Assembly: GCF_009834535.1 (NCBI RefSeq)
Contig: NC_045701.1
Location: 73,408,001 to 73,472,000 of the forward strand
Length of the DNA stretch: 64,000 nt
Source: Camelus ferus
Taxonomy: Eukaryota
Reading direction: 5' to 3'
The notes under the pieces are model-generated. The model was not told the DNA's origin. It worked only from the letters and a program-made list of their open reading frames with translations, and searched no databases. The position numbers and the translations under genes are program-made. This document shows, one piece after another, positions 25,537-38,980 of the stretch; within the stretch, counting starts at the first letter, position 1; each line of letters opens with the position of its first letter.

Positions 25537-25983
25537 AATGAAATAATGCCATTTGCAGCAACATAAATAGTCCTAGAGATGATCATACTAAGTGAAGTAA
25601 GTCAGAGAAAAAAAATCATATGATACCACTTATATGCGATATCTAAAAAATGATACAAATGAACTTATTTACAAAACAGAAGTAGACTCACGGACATAGA
25701 AGACAAACTTATGGTTACCAAAGGGGAAGTGGGGAGAGGGATAGATTAGGAGTTTAGGATTAACAGATGCACACTTCTATATATAAAATAGATAAACAAC
25801 AAAGACCTACTGCATAGCACAGGGAACTATATTCATTGTCTTATAAGAACCTATAGTGGAAAAGAATCTGAAAAATAATAAATATGCATACACATACATA
25901 ATTCAATCACTTTGCTGTACACCTGAAACTAATACAACATTGTAACTCAACTGTACTCCAGTTTTAAAAAAACAAATAAAACT
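25537..25983 (+). mobile_element. 5'-truncated L1 LINE 3' end, cetartiodactyl type
   Basis: AAATAATGCCATTTGCAGCAAC...AAATGATACAAATGAACTTATTTACAAAACAGAA...AAACTTATGGTTACCAAAGGGGAA...CACAGGGAACTATATTC...ACTTTGCTGTACACCTGAAACTAA followed by an A-rich tail; no clear TSD. Confidence 0.92.
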
Positions 25984-26621
25984 GAAGTGTCTAACAAAAT
26001 AAATCACAAAAGTTTCGAATGGCTACATTCTTTACTGGAAGTATATCTCAAAGGGAGAGTGTGGAAACAGTTTTCACCTCTTGATGTGTTCCCCTGTAAA
26101 TCCTTGTTTTTAGTAATTGTAATTCCTGCACAGCCACACCTTTTCAGGATCTTCTGGTTTTATTCTCTCTCTCTATCCTACGCATATAGTTCTGCCCCCA
26201 CTGGCTCTTGCTCCCTCTTTCTGCTTATGGAAAAATGCTGGCCTTGAATCTGCATTATATTCCTTTCAGTGAACTCTGGTCAAGTTGCTGTGTACGTGAC
26301 ACTTGGAATAGGCAGGAGGCAAAATAATGGTCAGGTGTCTTCCAGCTCTAACGTCCCAGCAACTTAACGTTCTTCCAAATATTAGCTCCTCCATTTAAAA
26401 GCTCACACTCTGTAGCTAAACTCTATCACTACCCTATCTCCATTCTCTAATCTAAAGAAAGATTTTTTTATTACTATTATTTCCTATCTTTGTTTTCTGG
26501 ATTACTCTGGGCTGTTAAAAGTAATAAAGGTAGTAAACCTAGATTTTCCAGGAGGGGATGTGCGTGTTCTGTGTATGTGTGTGCTTGTTTGTAAGTAATG
26601 GAGATTTTTGCTTTTACTCAG

Positions 26622-26652
26622 TCAACCCTTTAGAGGTCTTCAGAGTTTCCAG
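26622..26652 (+). other. Candidate 31-nt micro-exon
   Basis: Acceptor TTTTTGCTTTTACTCAG| and consensus donor CAG|GTAAGT. Confidence 0.25.
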
Positions 26653-27655
26653 GTAAGTTTATTTCTTTAAGACATGACTGCTTTCCTTTCATACACCGAT
26701 TCCACATCTTCCAAGAAATGACTACAAGACCATCTGCTTCAGTTCCCATAAACATCTTATCTGCTTATTGTTTCCATTCTTTTACAACCTCCTTTCCAAA
26801 TCACATCCAAAATGGCAAAAAAAAAAAAAAAAAACCCAAACCACCAAAGCTAATATGATTTTAGATGCCAATTGTGTCCTCTCTCTGACTGTTTTCCATA
26901 TTTGAAACGGCTGGGGAGTTAGCTTGCCTCTACCGACAGTAATTTAGAACAAGAGGAATTGGATAAGGGTCGTTTCCTCCATCTCCTGGGATTTCAGAAG
27001 CGCTGTCTTCCTTTGTACCTGGTCGGATCTGCCAGTTGCAAAGCTATGCACTGTAGTGGAGAAGTGCATGCGGTTAATTATGACAATTACAATGAGTTCT
27101 TTACAATCTTTGCTGATGTTATGGGATTTAAATACCATAATGTATGTCAGAAGGACAAAATAATGTTCCTGTGTTTTCTGCTTACAGCTGCTTTTATGAC
27201 TGGGTTTTGCTCATAAACAGGTGGTTATAGGATGCAATCCTTCCATGAATTCATTTATCTTACCCATCTCCCACCCCGGGTTCCTGATGTGTCATTCAGC
27301 ACAGGTGTTGAGAGTCCCAACAGGTCCTGGGCAGAATCCTTTGAACATGTTACAGTGAAAACAAAACCACTGATGGTCAGTGGGAATAAATAAAATGAAT
27401 TTAGCTAATTGTCAAAGCCTCCCTTGCTCCTCCCAGACCTCTGTGGTCTGCCTTCCTACTCCCACTTCCACCGTCTCTCTACTGTTTTTTATTTATCCTT
27501 GCTTAATCTCCCCTCTCCCAACTTTGCCCTGATGAAATGCCTAATTTCTTCTCACCTCCTGGGTCTCGGGTTCATAGCATGTTGTGAAGACTATTTGCAT
27601 GTAGAAATGAATTTACGTGCTGTTGACCCAGTTACTTCATTTCTGATGTTTTAAG

Positions 27656-27715
27656 TTGAATCCACGCCGTGCACACGTTGTCGCCTCATTGCTGCTGAGG
27701 GCAGCCAGAAAATAG
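27656..27715 (+). other. Candidate 60-nt exon
   Basis: Acceptor TTCATTTCTGATGTTTTAAG| and donor TAG|GTAAGA; one phase-1/phase-1 frame is open (ESTPCTRCRLIAAEGSQKI). Confidence 0.25.
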
Positions 27716-29694
27716 GTAAGACCACCTTCTTCTCTCAGCCCACCTTCCTTCGCTGCAGCTCTCACCTCTGCTAGGAAGGTAGGTATGAAGGGGTTCCTGG
27801 CAAATGAAACTCTGTGTGAGCCATTTTCCCCTTGAGTGTATCTTGCTTAAACCACACATTTCTGGTTAATCTGGTAAACTGACAGCCCCTAGTCCTCCTA
27901 ATTCTTAGCTGTCTGAAAAAATGTGCCCCACCTGCCATGGCTTATGACTGAATTATAAACCATGAAGCATAGTAAAGTCATTAACTTTCAACATGTCAAA
28001 TTTGACTTGAATTGCATCTTGCCCAGAATTTGATGGCCTTTCCTTAGCATTTAAGAGAGCAGGTTTGTGTACGATTCAAAAGGCACTTTGTCATTTCTCA
28101 GAGAGCCATTAGCTTTGCGTGGCTGTCTGGACACGAGCATCAGCAGGTCTGGGAGAAGAGGAGTGTCTAGTGAAGTAAAGAGCGTGGAGGAGCAGGTATG
28201 AAGTTCCCTAGGGAAGGCAAAGCCATCTCTTCCCAGGAAAAGAGAAAAGAAGGATATTCTACATTTGAGTCCTGCATGCTGTCCTGAAAAGAGCGATTCA
28301 CTTTGCAGTGGGGAAATTTTGAAGGAAAGTGTGTGCTTTACAATTCTGATTACCCTTCCCTCTTTGTTCCCTACTATCAAAAATAATCATATTCTATAAA
28401 TGTCAGTGGAGTGTGGTTAGAGTGAAGCTACATTTTTGGAGAACCAGGTGTCAGCTCCGTCAGATTTCTATGAATAGGCACATTTATACACATTTTTTCA
28501 AAGAAAGAAAGGTCACTCGCCACCCTACTTGTAAAACTGTCAGAGGATTTAGGAAAGAACCATGGTAGGCTCTCTCTGCATGGGAGAAGAAATCTGGTTC
28601 TCGAGATATTTGGGGCATTGCAGTGAATAAGGGCTATTCGTAGAATTCCACCCCCAGCCTCTCTGACTTAGAACTTGGAGGAGAGGCATCTGAAGGCTTG
28701 CCCAGGGCTCAGCCCCACTGCGGCACAAAGGCATCCTACTGAATATGGAGGGGTAACAGTGGGCTTTGGGGCCCGTTGCTGGGGTAGCATCCCCCATATT
28801 CCCACCCTTTCTTGCCCCAGGATTCCTATCTATTTAGTGAACATACTTAAGACAGGATGGGGTTCAAGGATCTTCTCCTATCTAGAAACTAAGATAATGT
28901 TGGGTTCTTTGTATTGTGGCCTGGATGGTTGGGTGAAGGAGAGTGTCACCAGAGCTTTTTTTGCAAAGTAGATTTTCCAGATTTCTGAAGGCTTGGGGTT
29001 GGGTGCTAGAGAGCCTTGAAAAGAAAGGAAAGCCAGCCCTCTGGTGGTCAGCATGTGGAAATGCAGCTACTAAGTCACTGAGATACAGGACAGGCCCTGC
29101 ATTGGGTGAGTTGCAGAATAATTTATTTATTCCAGGCTGCAAATAAGGTTCTTGGTGAACCTGTCACCCCAAAGCATTTTCAAAGGAAATAAAAGAGAAG
29201 AGGTCATAGTCTGAAATTGTTCAACCTGTTAGTTAAACTGCTATGGGCCCAGTGGGGGCCCTCATAGAAACTCAAATTACCAGTTACACTGCAGGTGAGA
29301 TTACAGTTGAACTGAGAACCCAGATATTAAGAATAGTGATTTAGGAAGAGTGAGTAAGCCAGCTGTTTCCGTTGGCAGAAGAATTGTTGAACAGGGTAGC
29401 TGGGAGGAGTCCCTGCAGGTGGTGAGGTTAAGCCAGGCCCTGAAAGATGGGTAAGATCAGAATAAATGAGGGAAATGGAGGTGAATATTCTCATTATAGG
29501 GGACAGGGGGCAGGAATGGGCTTGTTTTTGAAGTCGGTAGCAAGCAAGGGTGGAGAGTTCGTGGTAAATAATGATATGCAGAGAAAACTTGGCAAATAAA
29601 TAAGAAATGAACTATGTAAATATTTAAAGTGGTTTTACAAATGGAATCAAGGGAGTATGTTCAGTTCTCCTTACAGAGACAGACAATGCAACCT

Positions 29695-29830
29695 CTGGAC
29701 TTCAGGGGTGAGTCTAGGTTCAAATCCAAGGTCTGGCACTCCTGTGAGTCCTCAGCAAGTTACTGCCTGTCCCCTTTTCCCCCCATCTGTTAAACTGGGA
29801 TGGACATGGAATATAATTTTAGGCTCAGAG
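29695..29830 (+). mobile_element. MIR SINE fragment
   Basis: CTAGGTTCAAATCC...AGCAAGTTACT...CCCATCTGTTAAACTGGGA. Confidence 0.7.
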
Positions 29831-32800
29831 ATACACAAACGCTGTTTAGGTCTGAGATGTAGAAGCTGAATACAAGGAAACTCCGAGTTGTCCCAGAGCT
29901 GCCTTTCCCTCTGGTGGTGGGTTTCCAGCTGCTTGGTGAGCACAGGCCGAAGCTGGAGGGGCCCACTGGCAGAGACGTCTTGGAGGTTTAGGAGTCAGAT
30001 GGGGAACCGGACCAGGTGGCACCCAGGGACCCTCCAACCTGGAGATTTGGTGATTCTAGAAAGTTCATGATAACCAGAAACTTTACCCAGATGTGCGGAT
30101 AGTAATGACACCCATTTACATTGTATGTTAAAAAAAAACATGTTTAAATTTGGTTCAAAATGTTCTGTTCTATGTAAAAAATACCATCACTTTAATTAAT
30201 GCAGCCTGTAATTGAAACGACTGTCTCAAGCTGTTCCTCTCCAGCTCGTCAGGGGAAGGAGTGGAATTGGGGATGGGGGAGGAGGGAGAGAGGCGGAGGG
30301 TCTGGAGCCAACATGCCAGCTCTTCTCAGTTGCTATAAGAAAACTGAACAAAAATCCCATCCTGAGTGTGAAAGGGGGCAGAGACTTCAGGGAACACGAG
30401 ACTTTAAATAGAATTCATCCCATGCTAATTATTTGAGAAGCGACGGGTGGGAAAGAAATGTTGGCAGCCAAGGTTTAGGGGAGAGCAGGCACCGTGATGC
30501 TGGGCACCATGGCACCGCCCTCTTTTATGTGCCGCGTGTGGAGGTGGGAGGTAGAATGTGGAGTTCAGAAAGGTTTAAAAGGCTAAATGTAATCACTTCC
30601 CTTTAATTAACTCAGACAATGCCTGGCAGGTTATGTTAGCATGCTTGTAGCTGAGACAAAGGTGGCAGACCACCGCTGAGAGCCTACAGAGAGAGGGACT
30701 CCTGGAATGCCAGAGCAGGAAGGGTCTAGAAACCTCACAGACTGATTTCACCGATCAGAAAACAAGCCCAGCACAATTACAGAACCCACCCAAGGTTACG
30801 TGGTCTCTCAGCGACAAAGCCAGCATAAAAGCTCAGGTCTTTACCTGCTCAGTGTTCTGTCCTGGACAGTGTCTGATGGAATCTGTAGTTACTGTGCGTT
30901 AACCCCAGATGGTCAAACTAACCATAGTACATCTGTATACAGGTTAAGAGTTGGTGCATTCTTTTAACAAAAGTTCAGAAAAAGAAAGTGAAAATTAGAA
31001 AGGAAACTACCTGTGTTTCAGTCAAATTTTTCTTTTAAAGTTGCCTTAGAATATTATGATTAATACTAGTGGCTGTTTCTGTGCAGCTATTTTAATTAAA
31101 ATGTTATAATTTTTTTTTTGTAAATAAAGTGATGGAAACTTCTGGTTATAGCCCGTGGGAGACTGAGCAGGGAAGTCATCAGAATTGCAGGCAGAGCAGG
31201 TACTCTGTAATTTAGATCATGTGACTGAAATGCCGCCGCCGCTGTGTGGAATCTGCTAAAATTGCACTTCAGATTTTTCAGGGGTGAATAAACCTTTTAT
31301 AAAAAAGGAAGTTACACGTTAAAGTTACAATGTCACATAAAATATTACAGGAAAGAATGAGAAAGTAAAGAAAACTAGCATTCTTCTCTTGTTTTACTTA
31401 TTTCACGGAGAAGAGTTTTATGAACAATTTCCAGAAGAGTTATTAAGTGGTTATAGATTTTACTTTGCTTTACCATCTGGCTATTCTTCAAGGTTTTGTA
31501 TTTATTCCCTTTTTGAGCTGAGACGTAAAACAAGACAGATACCCTTTTAAAAAACCTTTTGTTTCCCTGATGAGTGGGAGAAATAGGAAGCAGAAAATCC
31601 TTTGGAGATTGTTGGAAATTGGGACAGAGCAGTGAAGGGTACCCTCTGCTGCATTCATTATCAGTTGAGATGGGTGACAATTAAAGTACGTCTTCCATTT
31701 GGTGGTGTGCTGGTGGATGTGTAACATTCGCAGGGCAGGGGGCTGGTTTTTAGTGTCTTAGATTTCTGTGGTAAAAGTCCTCCCACCTTGATCAAATGCA
31801 AGCTACCAATGTGATGTCACTGAATTTGGAACTGGTCAGAGAGCCACACATTTGGCAAGTCAGTACAAACCGTCTTTGTACACTAGTGCTTCAGTCCATC
31901 AGCACGAAGGCTGTGTTACGGAATGAGGCTTAGATCTCATGGCTGAGCAGTCTTGTTAAGACTGCACTTCAGAGTTAGGGAATCCTGCACCGTGGTTCTT
32001 CCTCTGGGGACCCGCCAGGAGTGTCACTTGTATGGAACATCTCTCCAAATGGAAGGAAACAATGAGAATGGGGAACAAATGTTACCCTTAGCAGAATCAG
32101 AATTCAGATTCTTAGAAAGTATTCTTTATAGGACCAGTGTCAACAGGAAGGTTGGAGGCAGGCATTTATTTTAAATTGTTATCATTTTGGTACATAGGTA
32201 TTCAGAGCAAAATCACCTTTGATGCTGGGAAGTGGCGAGAATTTGGTTATCAGCAAAAGGAGCTTTTGGGTAGCATTTAAAAATAGACACAGTAATATAC
32301 CATAATGCCTTTCTTTCTTTTGTAGGAAGATGCAGAAGAATAGATTCCTACTTAGTACCTTGAAATTAAATGATCTTTCCAGCTGGGTGCAGCTGAAAGA
32401 AGCTGGGCTGGCTTCGGAACTGTACTTGAACAATTTCATTGCCTCAGAGCAGATGATGGTGCTTTTTAGTGAATGTATGAAATGGTATCTGGCAAAAGCA
32501 GAATACTCGATCATCTCAGTTCCTCGTAGTTGATGTTCAGGAGTCCCTGCACCCAGATTTATACCTCTTTGCTCACACATCCATCATTGTTAATATGCCA
32601 GTACTCTGAGAAGGTGCCTGGAGCTGGCTTCATGAGTCTGGTCTTCCTGGTACAGGAGAGTTTATCCTTGTTGCTGTTGTGTTGTTATTTCACATGTGAT
32701 GGGTTTATAATTAACAATGATTACAAACTAGCTTACTGTTTTAACAGCTTGGGCCTAAGAAGCCAGATTGATAGCTTACTTTTTGGATGTAAACATTCTG

Positions 32801-32977
32801 GTGATAAGTCAAGTGTCCTAAGGCCCTCTCGTTGCTGTTGTCATGCTAGGAGAGAAATTCTCAGTCCTTTTAAGAACCCACCTTCTCATTCTGTTGCCTG
32901 TGACGTTGTGTAGACAAGGGTCTCATGTTCATATGTGTCTGCATTTGCTTCCCTTTGTCACTGTGTCTGACCAGTTG

Positions 32978-33195
32978 TGGGGATTAAGACCCCAGACTCT
33001 GAAGTCAGATGGAGGTGGATTTGAGTCCTGACTCTGCCGTTTAACAGACACGTTAGCTAATGCATCCTAACCCAAGCTTTCTCAGATATAAAATGGGAAT
33101 AACAGATCTGCCTGATAGACTCTAAAGAAATCCTAATGCAGGTAACACATTTTGTACAGGGCCAAGTGCCTAGTAATTATCCACAAATATTGACA
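32978..33195 (+). mobile_element. MIR SINE
   Basis: CAGACTCTGAAGTCAGA...GGATTTGAGTCCTGACTCTGCC...TATAAAATGGGAATAACA. Confidence 0.8.
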
Positions 33196-34244
33196 CTTAG
33201 AGCATTCATTATTGTCTTAAATTGTAATATTGTAAAATACGTGTAACTTCACATTCAATGCATAACTACTGTTATTCCACGTGTGAGGACTGACTCGCTC
33301 TCTAACTTGGCAACACTATGTTTCCCAGGGAAAGTCCTGCTAAGGAAACAAGCTGTTTGCAGTCCAGCACACAGCCACCCAGGGTCACAGCTGTTTGTCT
33401 CTTCTGTCACTCCCCTGACTTCTGCCTTCCCTCTTACCTCCCTGTTACCCAGGGTCCTCCTTTGTTCCCCATTCTTCCCCACGTGAAATCTGATCTGGGG
33501 AAATGAGATAGTGAGTTCTTTCACAATAAAGAATGCATTATTAATATTCAAGGCATTGCAGCCGAGATGTAGTCTAAGAGTGTAATTTCAGCATTGAGTC
33601 CTGGATGAGAGAGGTATTTATTTATTTGGCAGTAGATTCCTTCTGATGCCTCTGAAATTACGGCCGTATTTGTTAACTATCTCCTCTGCAGTCCATATGG
33701 CAGCCTTTAATTATATCTGTTGGAATCATCCACTTAGCCAAGGTCAAGCGTCCTCTAATTGCATGTTCTGTGGCTGTTTCCTAGTTGTCATGTGTCCTTG
33801 GCAGCTGTCGTCAGCCTAATCTGGGCTTTCCAATTTTTAGTGGCACTCACCCTGTCCCGAGTTGCCATAACACATGCTCCATCCTTGTCAAACAGGCTTT
33901 GCTTCAACCGAGTTAGTCATCATTTTGTGGCCCATATCTAGAATGATGGCCACATTCTACCGTAGGTAGTCTCGGCTCCTTCGGCTCCCTCTCCTTAGCT
34001 TTACTTTCTCTTCATTTCACAAGATTCTGTGCAGCGTGTCAGTTAATCAGCAGAAACATCTGTTCTCTTCCCAGAATGGGCCACGTTCCAATGGGAGGTG
34101 AATCCAGTCCTTTTCAATCTAACAGTTATGTTTGGAATGCCAGCAGTGAATAAATCAGTTCAGCATTTTTTTTTTTTTGATCAACTACCACGTTGTCATC
34201 ATAGAATCCTTTGCTTGTTTATTTGATTGTGTACGTTTGCTCAT

Positions 34245-34385
34245 TTAATCCTTTGAGCAATCCTAGTCTTTTCAGATGAGGTTGTTGAGTTGCATGAAAG
34301 TTAGATATTCTGTTGGAGATCTACAAGCTAGTCAGTGGCAGAGCCAAGAATTAAACTAAAAGTTTCCTGGCTTGAAATTTCTTAC
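34245..34385 (-). mobile_element. MIR SINE fragment
   Basis: TTTTCAGATGAGG...AGCTAGTCAGTGGCAGAGCCAAGAATTAAACT. Confidence 0.7.
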
Positions 34386-37300
34386 TTTCTTCCAGAACTA
34401 AGTTTTTACTATAAGCACTAGGTTAGATAGAATGAAAAATACAAAAGACATAACTACAGCTCGCTGTCTTCATGTGGTTTATAGTGTCTCAGGTTAGAAT
34501 GATCTTTGTCTTTTCCTACCAGATGTTTAAAGTTCTGTGGACACAAGCTGTTTATGTCATTATTATTTTGGTAAAGATAAGTAAAACAAGCAAGACAGAA
34601 AACATGCCTGCTGGAAGTTATCTTTCAAAAAACTTTTTTAATCTCTTCTGATAAAAGTATAATGAGTTATAGGAAAGTATTGGAAATTTTTTAGCATGAC
34701 TTTTTGAGTAAAGACTCTAAAAAAAATCATAATCCCAAAACCTGTTGAGCATGTCATGCCTGCACTTTCCTGACGTTGTCTGTGAACCAGCATTTACTGC
34801 TAGAAATTGAGATCATGACAAGGAGAAGTTTTAGTACAGGAAAACAAAGCCCGTTTTCTACCAAATTCCGAGATCCCAGAGACAATGAATGTTGCTGTCA
34901 AAAAAATCATTTGAGTTCAGTGTATCAGGAACTGTTTTTCAAATGTAGCAACAAAAGAGGTTTTAGTCTGGGATATTGCTCCACCAGAGAGTCATTCACT
35001 ATTATATATCTTCCTAGAATACACAGATATTTCTTATAGCCCATCCAAGGAGAGCTTGTTACTGAAATGTCACAAGACTTTATAGTCACATTATTTTATC
35101 TGTAATGTTTCTATGGACTAGGTCCAAAGATTGTCCTGTAAAAAGGGAAGAGTCCAGAGAGAGTATTTCTAGCCATGATTCAGTACTAAATAGCTATATG
35201 ACCCTGGTCAGGCCTCGTCACCACCTCCTTGAGTCTTACTTCCTTTTTGGGACAATGAGAGGGTCGAGTATTTGAACCCAAAGTCTCTTCTTGGTTCTGC
35301 TCATGTTACTATGCACAGCCCTCATCCACAGCTTAGGAGCACTCTGTAAAACTCCCCAGCCACATTGCACCTACACACTTTCCTTAGGTGATTTTGTTTG
35401 TTTGTTTGTTTAGATATTTCACAGTTGCAGAATACTTTTTCCCATGTGGGAAGTTGGACTTAAGTACCATTTTGGCTTATCATGTTTTTCCTTATGCTGG
35501 TAACAAGACTGAGGGTGTGAAAAGACAGATTTTTAATGTCATCAATCTCAAGAATTTAGAGGGTATATCCAAAGTACAACTCTTCCAAAATTAATAAACA
35601 TTTTTGGAGTGACTATAAGGAACTATCCATCAATTGATCTAAATCCTTATTGAATCTCTAGTGAATTTATGATGCATATTCTGAGTACTTGGGAATTTGA
35701 AATATCAATTATTTAATACACCCTTTATCAGTCAACAGCCAGGTGAGATGACTGAGGCCTGTTTACTCCCTAGTGTATCTCTTTAAGCATCTTGAAAGCT
35801 GTCTTCTCTGAAGTGTTCCCAGAGGATGAAGTTCAGTATGGTAACAAGATTGCAGATGTGTCTGTGAACTTTTAAGGCCTCCCGCCAATTATTCTGCCCT
35901 GTGGACTATCTTATGGATAAATGATATGATCTCCAAAGGTGATACTCAGCTCTCCTTGTGCTGTGCATGTTTCTTTTTCAGACTCGTGGCTACATATGTT
36001 ATGGAATAAAAAAAATGTTTCCATTTATACATGAAGTATAAAATTGTTTAGACAAGACTTGTGCCCCTGTATAGGATTACGATAATATGAATTACTTTTC
36101 TTTTTCTTTTTTTTTTTTTTAAGGAATGGGTTAGGCATATTTGCTGTCTTTGCCAAGGCTTTTCTCACTTTGTAGACTTCTGAATATGTAGATTCCACCT
36201 CTTTTTTAACATTCACATTATAAAATGAATGTAGCTAGGATGAGCCAAAAAGGAAAAAAAAAAAAACCTGCGTACAGCAATGCTGAAGGAAGTTATTCTG
36301 GTAGTTTTAGGGCTAAAACTCACAATCCAATAGAAGCATGGAAGCTGTGGAGCCTTGAATGAAGTTCTTCAAAAACTGGAATTTTTAGAAAATTGACCTG
36401 TTCATGCTTTGTAATTTCCTTAAGGAAATCCAAGCTCTCTGAAATTAGAAAGATGTAATTACGACTCGTTGAGTCTGTGTCTGTGTGTATAGTTTATATC
36501 CACAAATAAGCACCTACTCTGTGCAAAACATCAACAGCAGTATGAGGAGAGAGGGAAGAAGAATTTAGATTATTGAGAGAGGGCAGTCAGATGGATATGA
36601 ATGGGAAGCACTATTCCCAGCAGAGATAATACCTTAAGGTCCCCAAAGAGGAAGATTCAGTGTATGTGGAAAGAGTGGCTGCGATGTGAGATGCCTTAGA
36701 GATGGGGGGTGGGAGGGAAGAAACAAGAGACTTGTCAACCTAAAGTAGGTAGAGATTACAGAAAGATGGAAGGGGGAGGGGGGAAGGTAAAATAGAAGTT
36801 GCTGAACACCCAGACATGGAGAATCAAACTTTTAGCTAATACACTTATTCAGGATTCTGAATTAGTTTCTCCTACTCAGCCGTTTTGGGGATGGTTTGGA
36901 CTTCTGTGGATGGAAGGTGGGATGCTATAAAAAGAAGGTAAGCTTGTGAAGGGAGATTTCCGAAAATAAACCAGAAAATTAGCTTGCTAGTGGACTTCCT
37001 CTGGTGACAGAGAGTGTATACCATGGGTCAGCCTTCCTCTCCACGTAAGTAGGTAGGGAATGCACCTGCAGAAAGCTTGTGACAGGCCAGTAGTGCTGAG
37101 AGAGTCTGTGCGGAGATAGTGGGAGAGCAGATGTCACTGACAGGGTCACCTCCCACTGTGGCTGTCCTGGGGGATTTAAACTTCAGGGCCAGTCTTCAAC
37201 TTGCCATGTGAATGTGTTGTGGCATTAGAATGTTTCCCTCAGTTGGGAGAGGAAATGGAGAGGCTTTTTTGTTTGGTTTGGTTTGGTTTTTTTTTTGTTT

Positions 37301-38744
37301 GTTTGTCTTTTTTTTTTTTTTTTTTTGGTGATCTTGGAGGAGGCGGGGGCCACGTGGTGAGGAGTGTGTAGATTACCACCCTGGGGGGCTGGATGTTGGA
37401 ATCATACTCTCCTTTCACCAGAAAACTGAGTCTCTCCAATTCCAGAAAGAGAGGCAGAGATGAAGCTTGTCTCGGAAGTAGGGATCTCAGTGTTTCTCAA
37501 TATATTTGGACATTTGCAATCTGGAGACCAACAGGACTTAAGTAAAGCTAATTAACAAAGGATACCATCAACTTATTTGGGGCTTATAAACTCATCCACT
37601 GCTTAGGAATTCTACTCCCCCCCCCCCCGACATTGGATCTTTGTATTCCAGATCCAGTTTTATACACATTTAAGTTCTTGACTGAGTCGGGTCTCTGGGG
37701 GACTTTTTTTTGTTACCTTCTGATTGAACCTTGATTCTCCTTCACATGACTCCTTAGTTAGCGCATTTGAAGTGTTTGTTCCCAGGGGATAGTTAAAGTC
37801 AAGCATTTTAGCTCATTTTCTCTCTATTAAGTAAGGGTTTCAGAGTTTAGAATTCCAAGTGTTCAGTGTTTCGTGCCTTTGGTGCTCTTTTAAAAATCTG
37901 TGTAGTTTCTTGTATTTTCACAGGCACAGGTGATCCACAGGGTCAAATCTGGCTTCTCTATGTATGGAATAAAAAGTAAGAAAACCAAAAAGCCAATGAT
38001 AATGTTAAGCCACATCTTCCCTCCCATCTACATTGTGGCTGTCTAGATTTTCTCCTCAGACGAGGCGTGGAGAGCCCATAGTTTATCTCCATTTACCTGA
38101 TAGAAGCCCCACGTAGTTGAGCTCCCATCACCAAGCTGAGCTGATGACAGAAAGGAGAAAATGGGGCGCCTCTCACCAGACCTGCCCCTACGCTTCAGTA
38201 GCACTTTACTACTTTACGTTGCTTGTTGATGTGATTGTCAGTCCTCACCTTTCAACAAAGTCATAAGCTTATTCAGGGACTGTGCTCCTGTCAAACATAT
38301 GTTATGTCTCCAAGTACAAAGATAGCTTAAGACCCCAAATGTTGTTCAATAAATACCTGTTTCCTGTTGTATTTTCTTAAAAAGGAGTGTAGAAGGCCTT
38401 CTTTTGCTTTGGTCTCTAAAAAGCATGGAAGGGATGGAGATGACACTGGATTACTTCAGACCTGTATCCTTCCCTCACCCTTGGCCCCCTCCCCATCATC
38501 AGTTTAGTCACCCGTTTCACATCTTTCCTCTAAGGATCTTGAGTCTCTGAGGAGCAGGAACTACTAAAGATCATATGCTAATATTAAGATCTTAAAATTC
38601 AGACCCTTCTGGCAAGAAAGAGTATGTGTGCTTAATTCCTTTCTTTTTGGCAGTCTGACCCAGTTGGATGCGAAGGAGTCATATGCTGTTACTAGCCGTG
38701 AGATGAAAGTCTCAGGGCTGAAATAATATTATTAGTAAAGCATT

Positions 38745-38980
38745 TAACATTTACTAAATGTTTTATGTATAGAGTGCTTTATGTGTAAATGTTTTATGTG
38801 CAAAGTATTGTGCTGAGTGTTTTTCATGCCTTGTCACACTTAATTCTTATTACAACTATTTATTAGCCATTTTGGATGTATTATTATCATCCCCATTATA
38901 TATATGAGGAATGAGGCTAAAAGTAACTTGCCAGTGTCTCCCAGCTCTTAAATGGTGGATTCAGGATTCAAATTCATGCT
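38745..38980 (-). mobile_element. MIR SINE
   Basis: ATTATTATCATCCCCATTATATATATGAGGAATGAGGCT...AAGTAACTTGCC...GGATTCAAATTCA. Confidence 0.8.
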
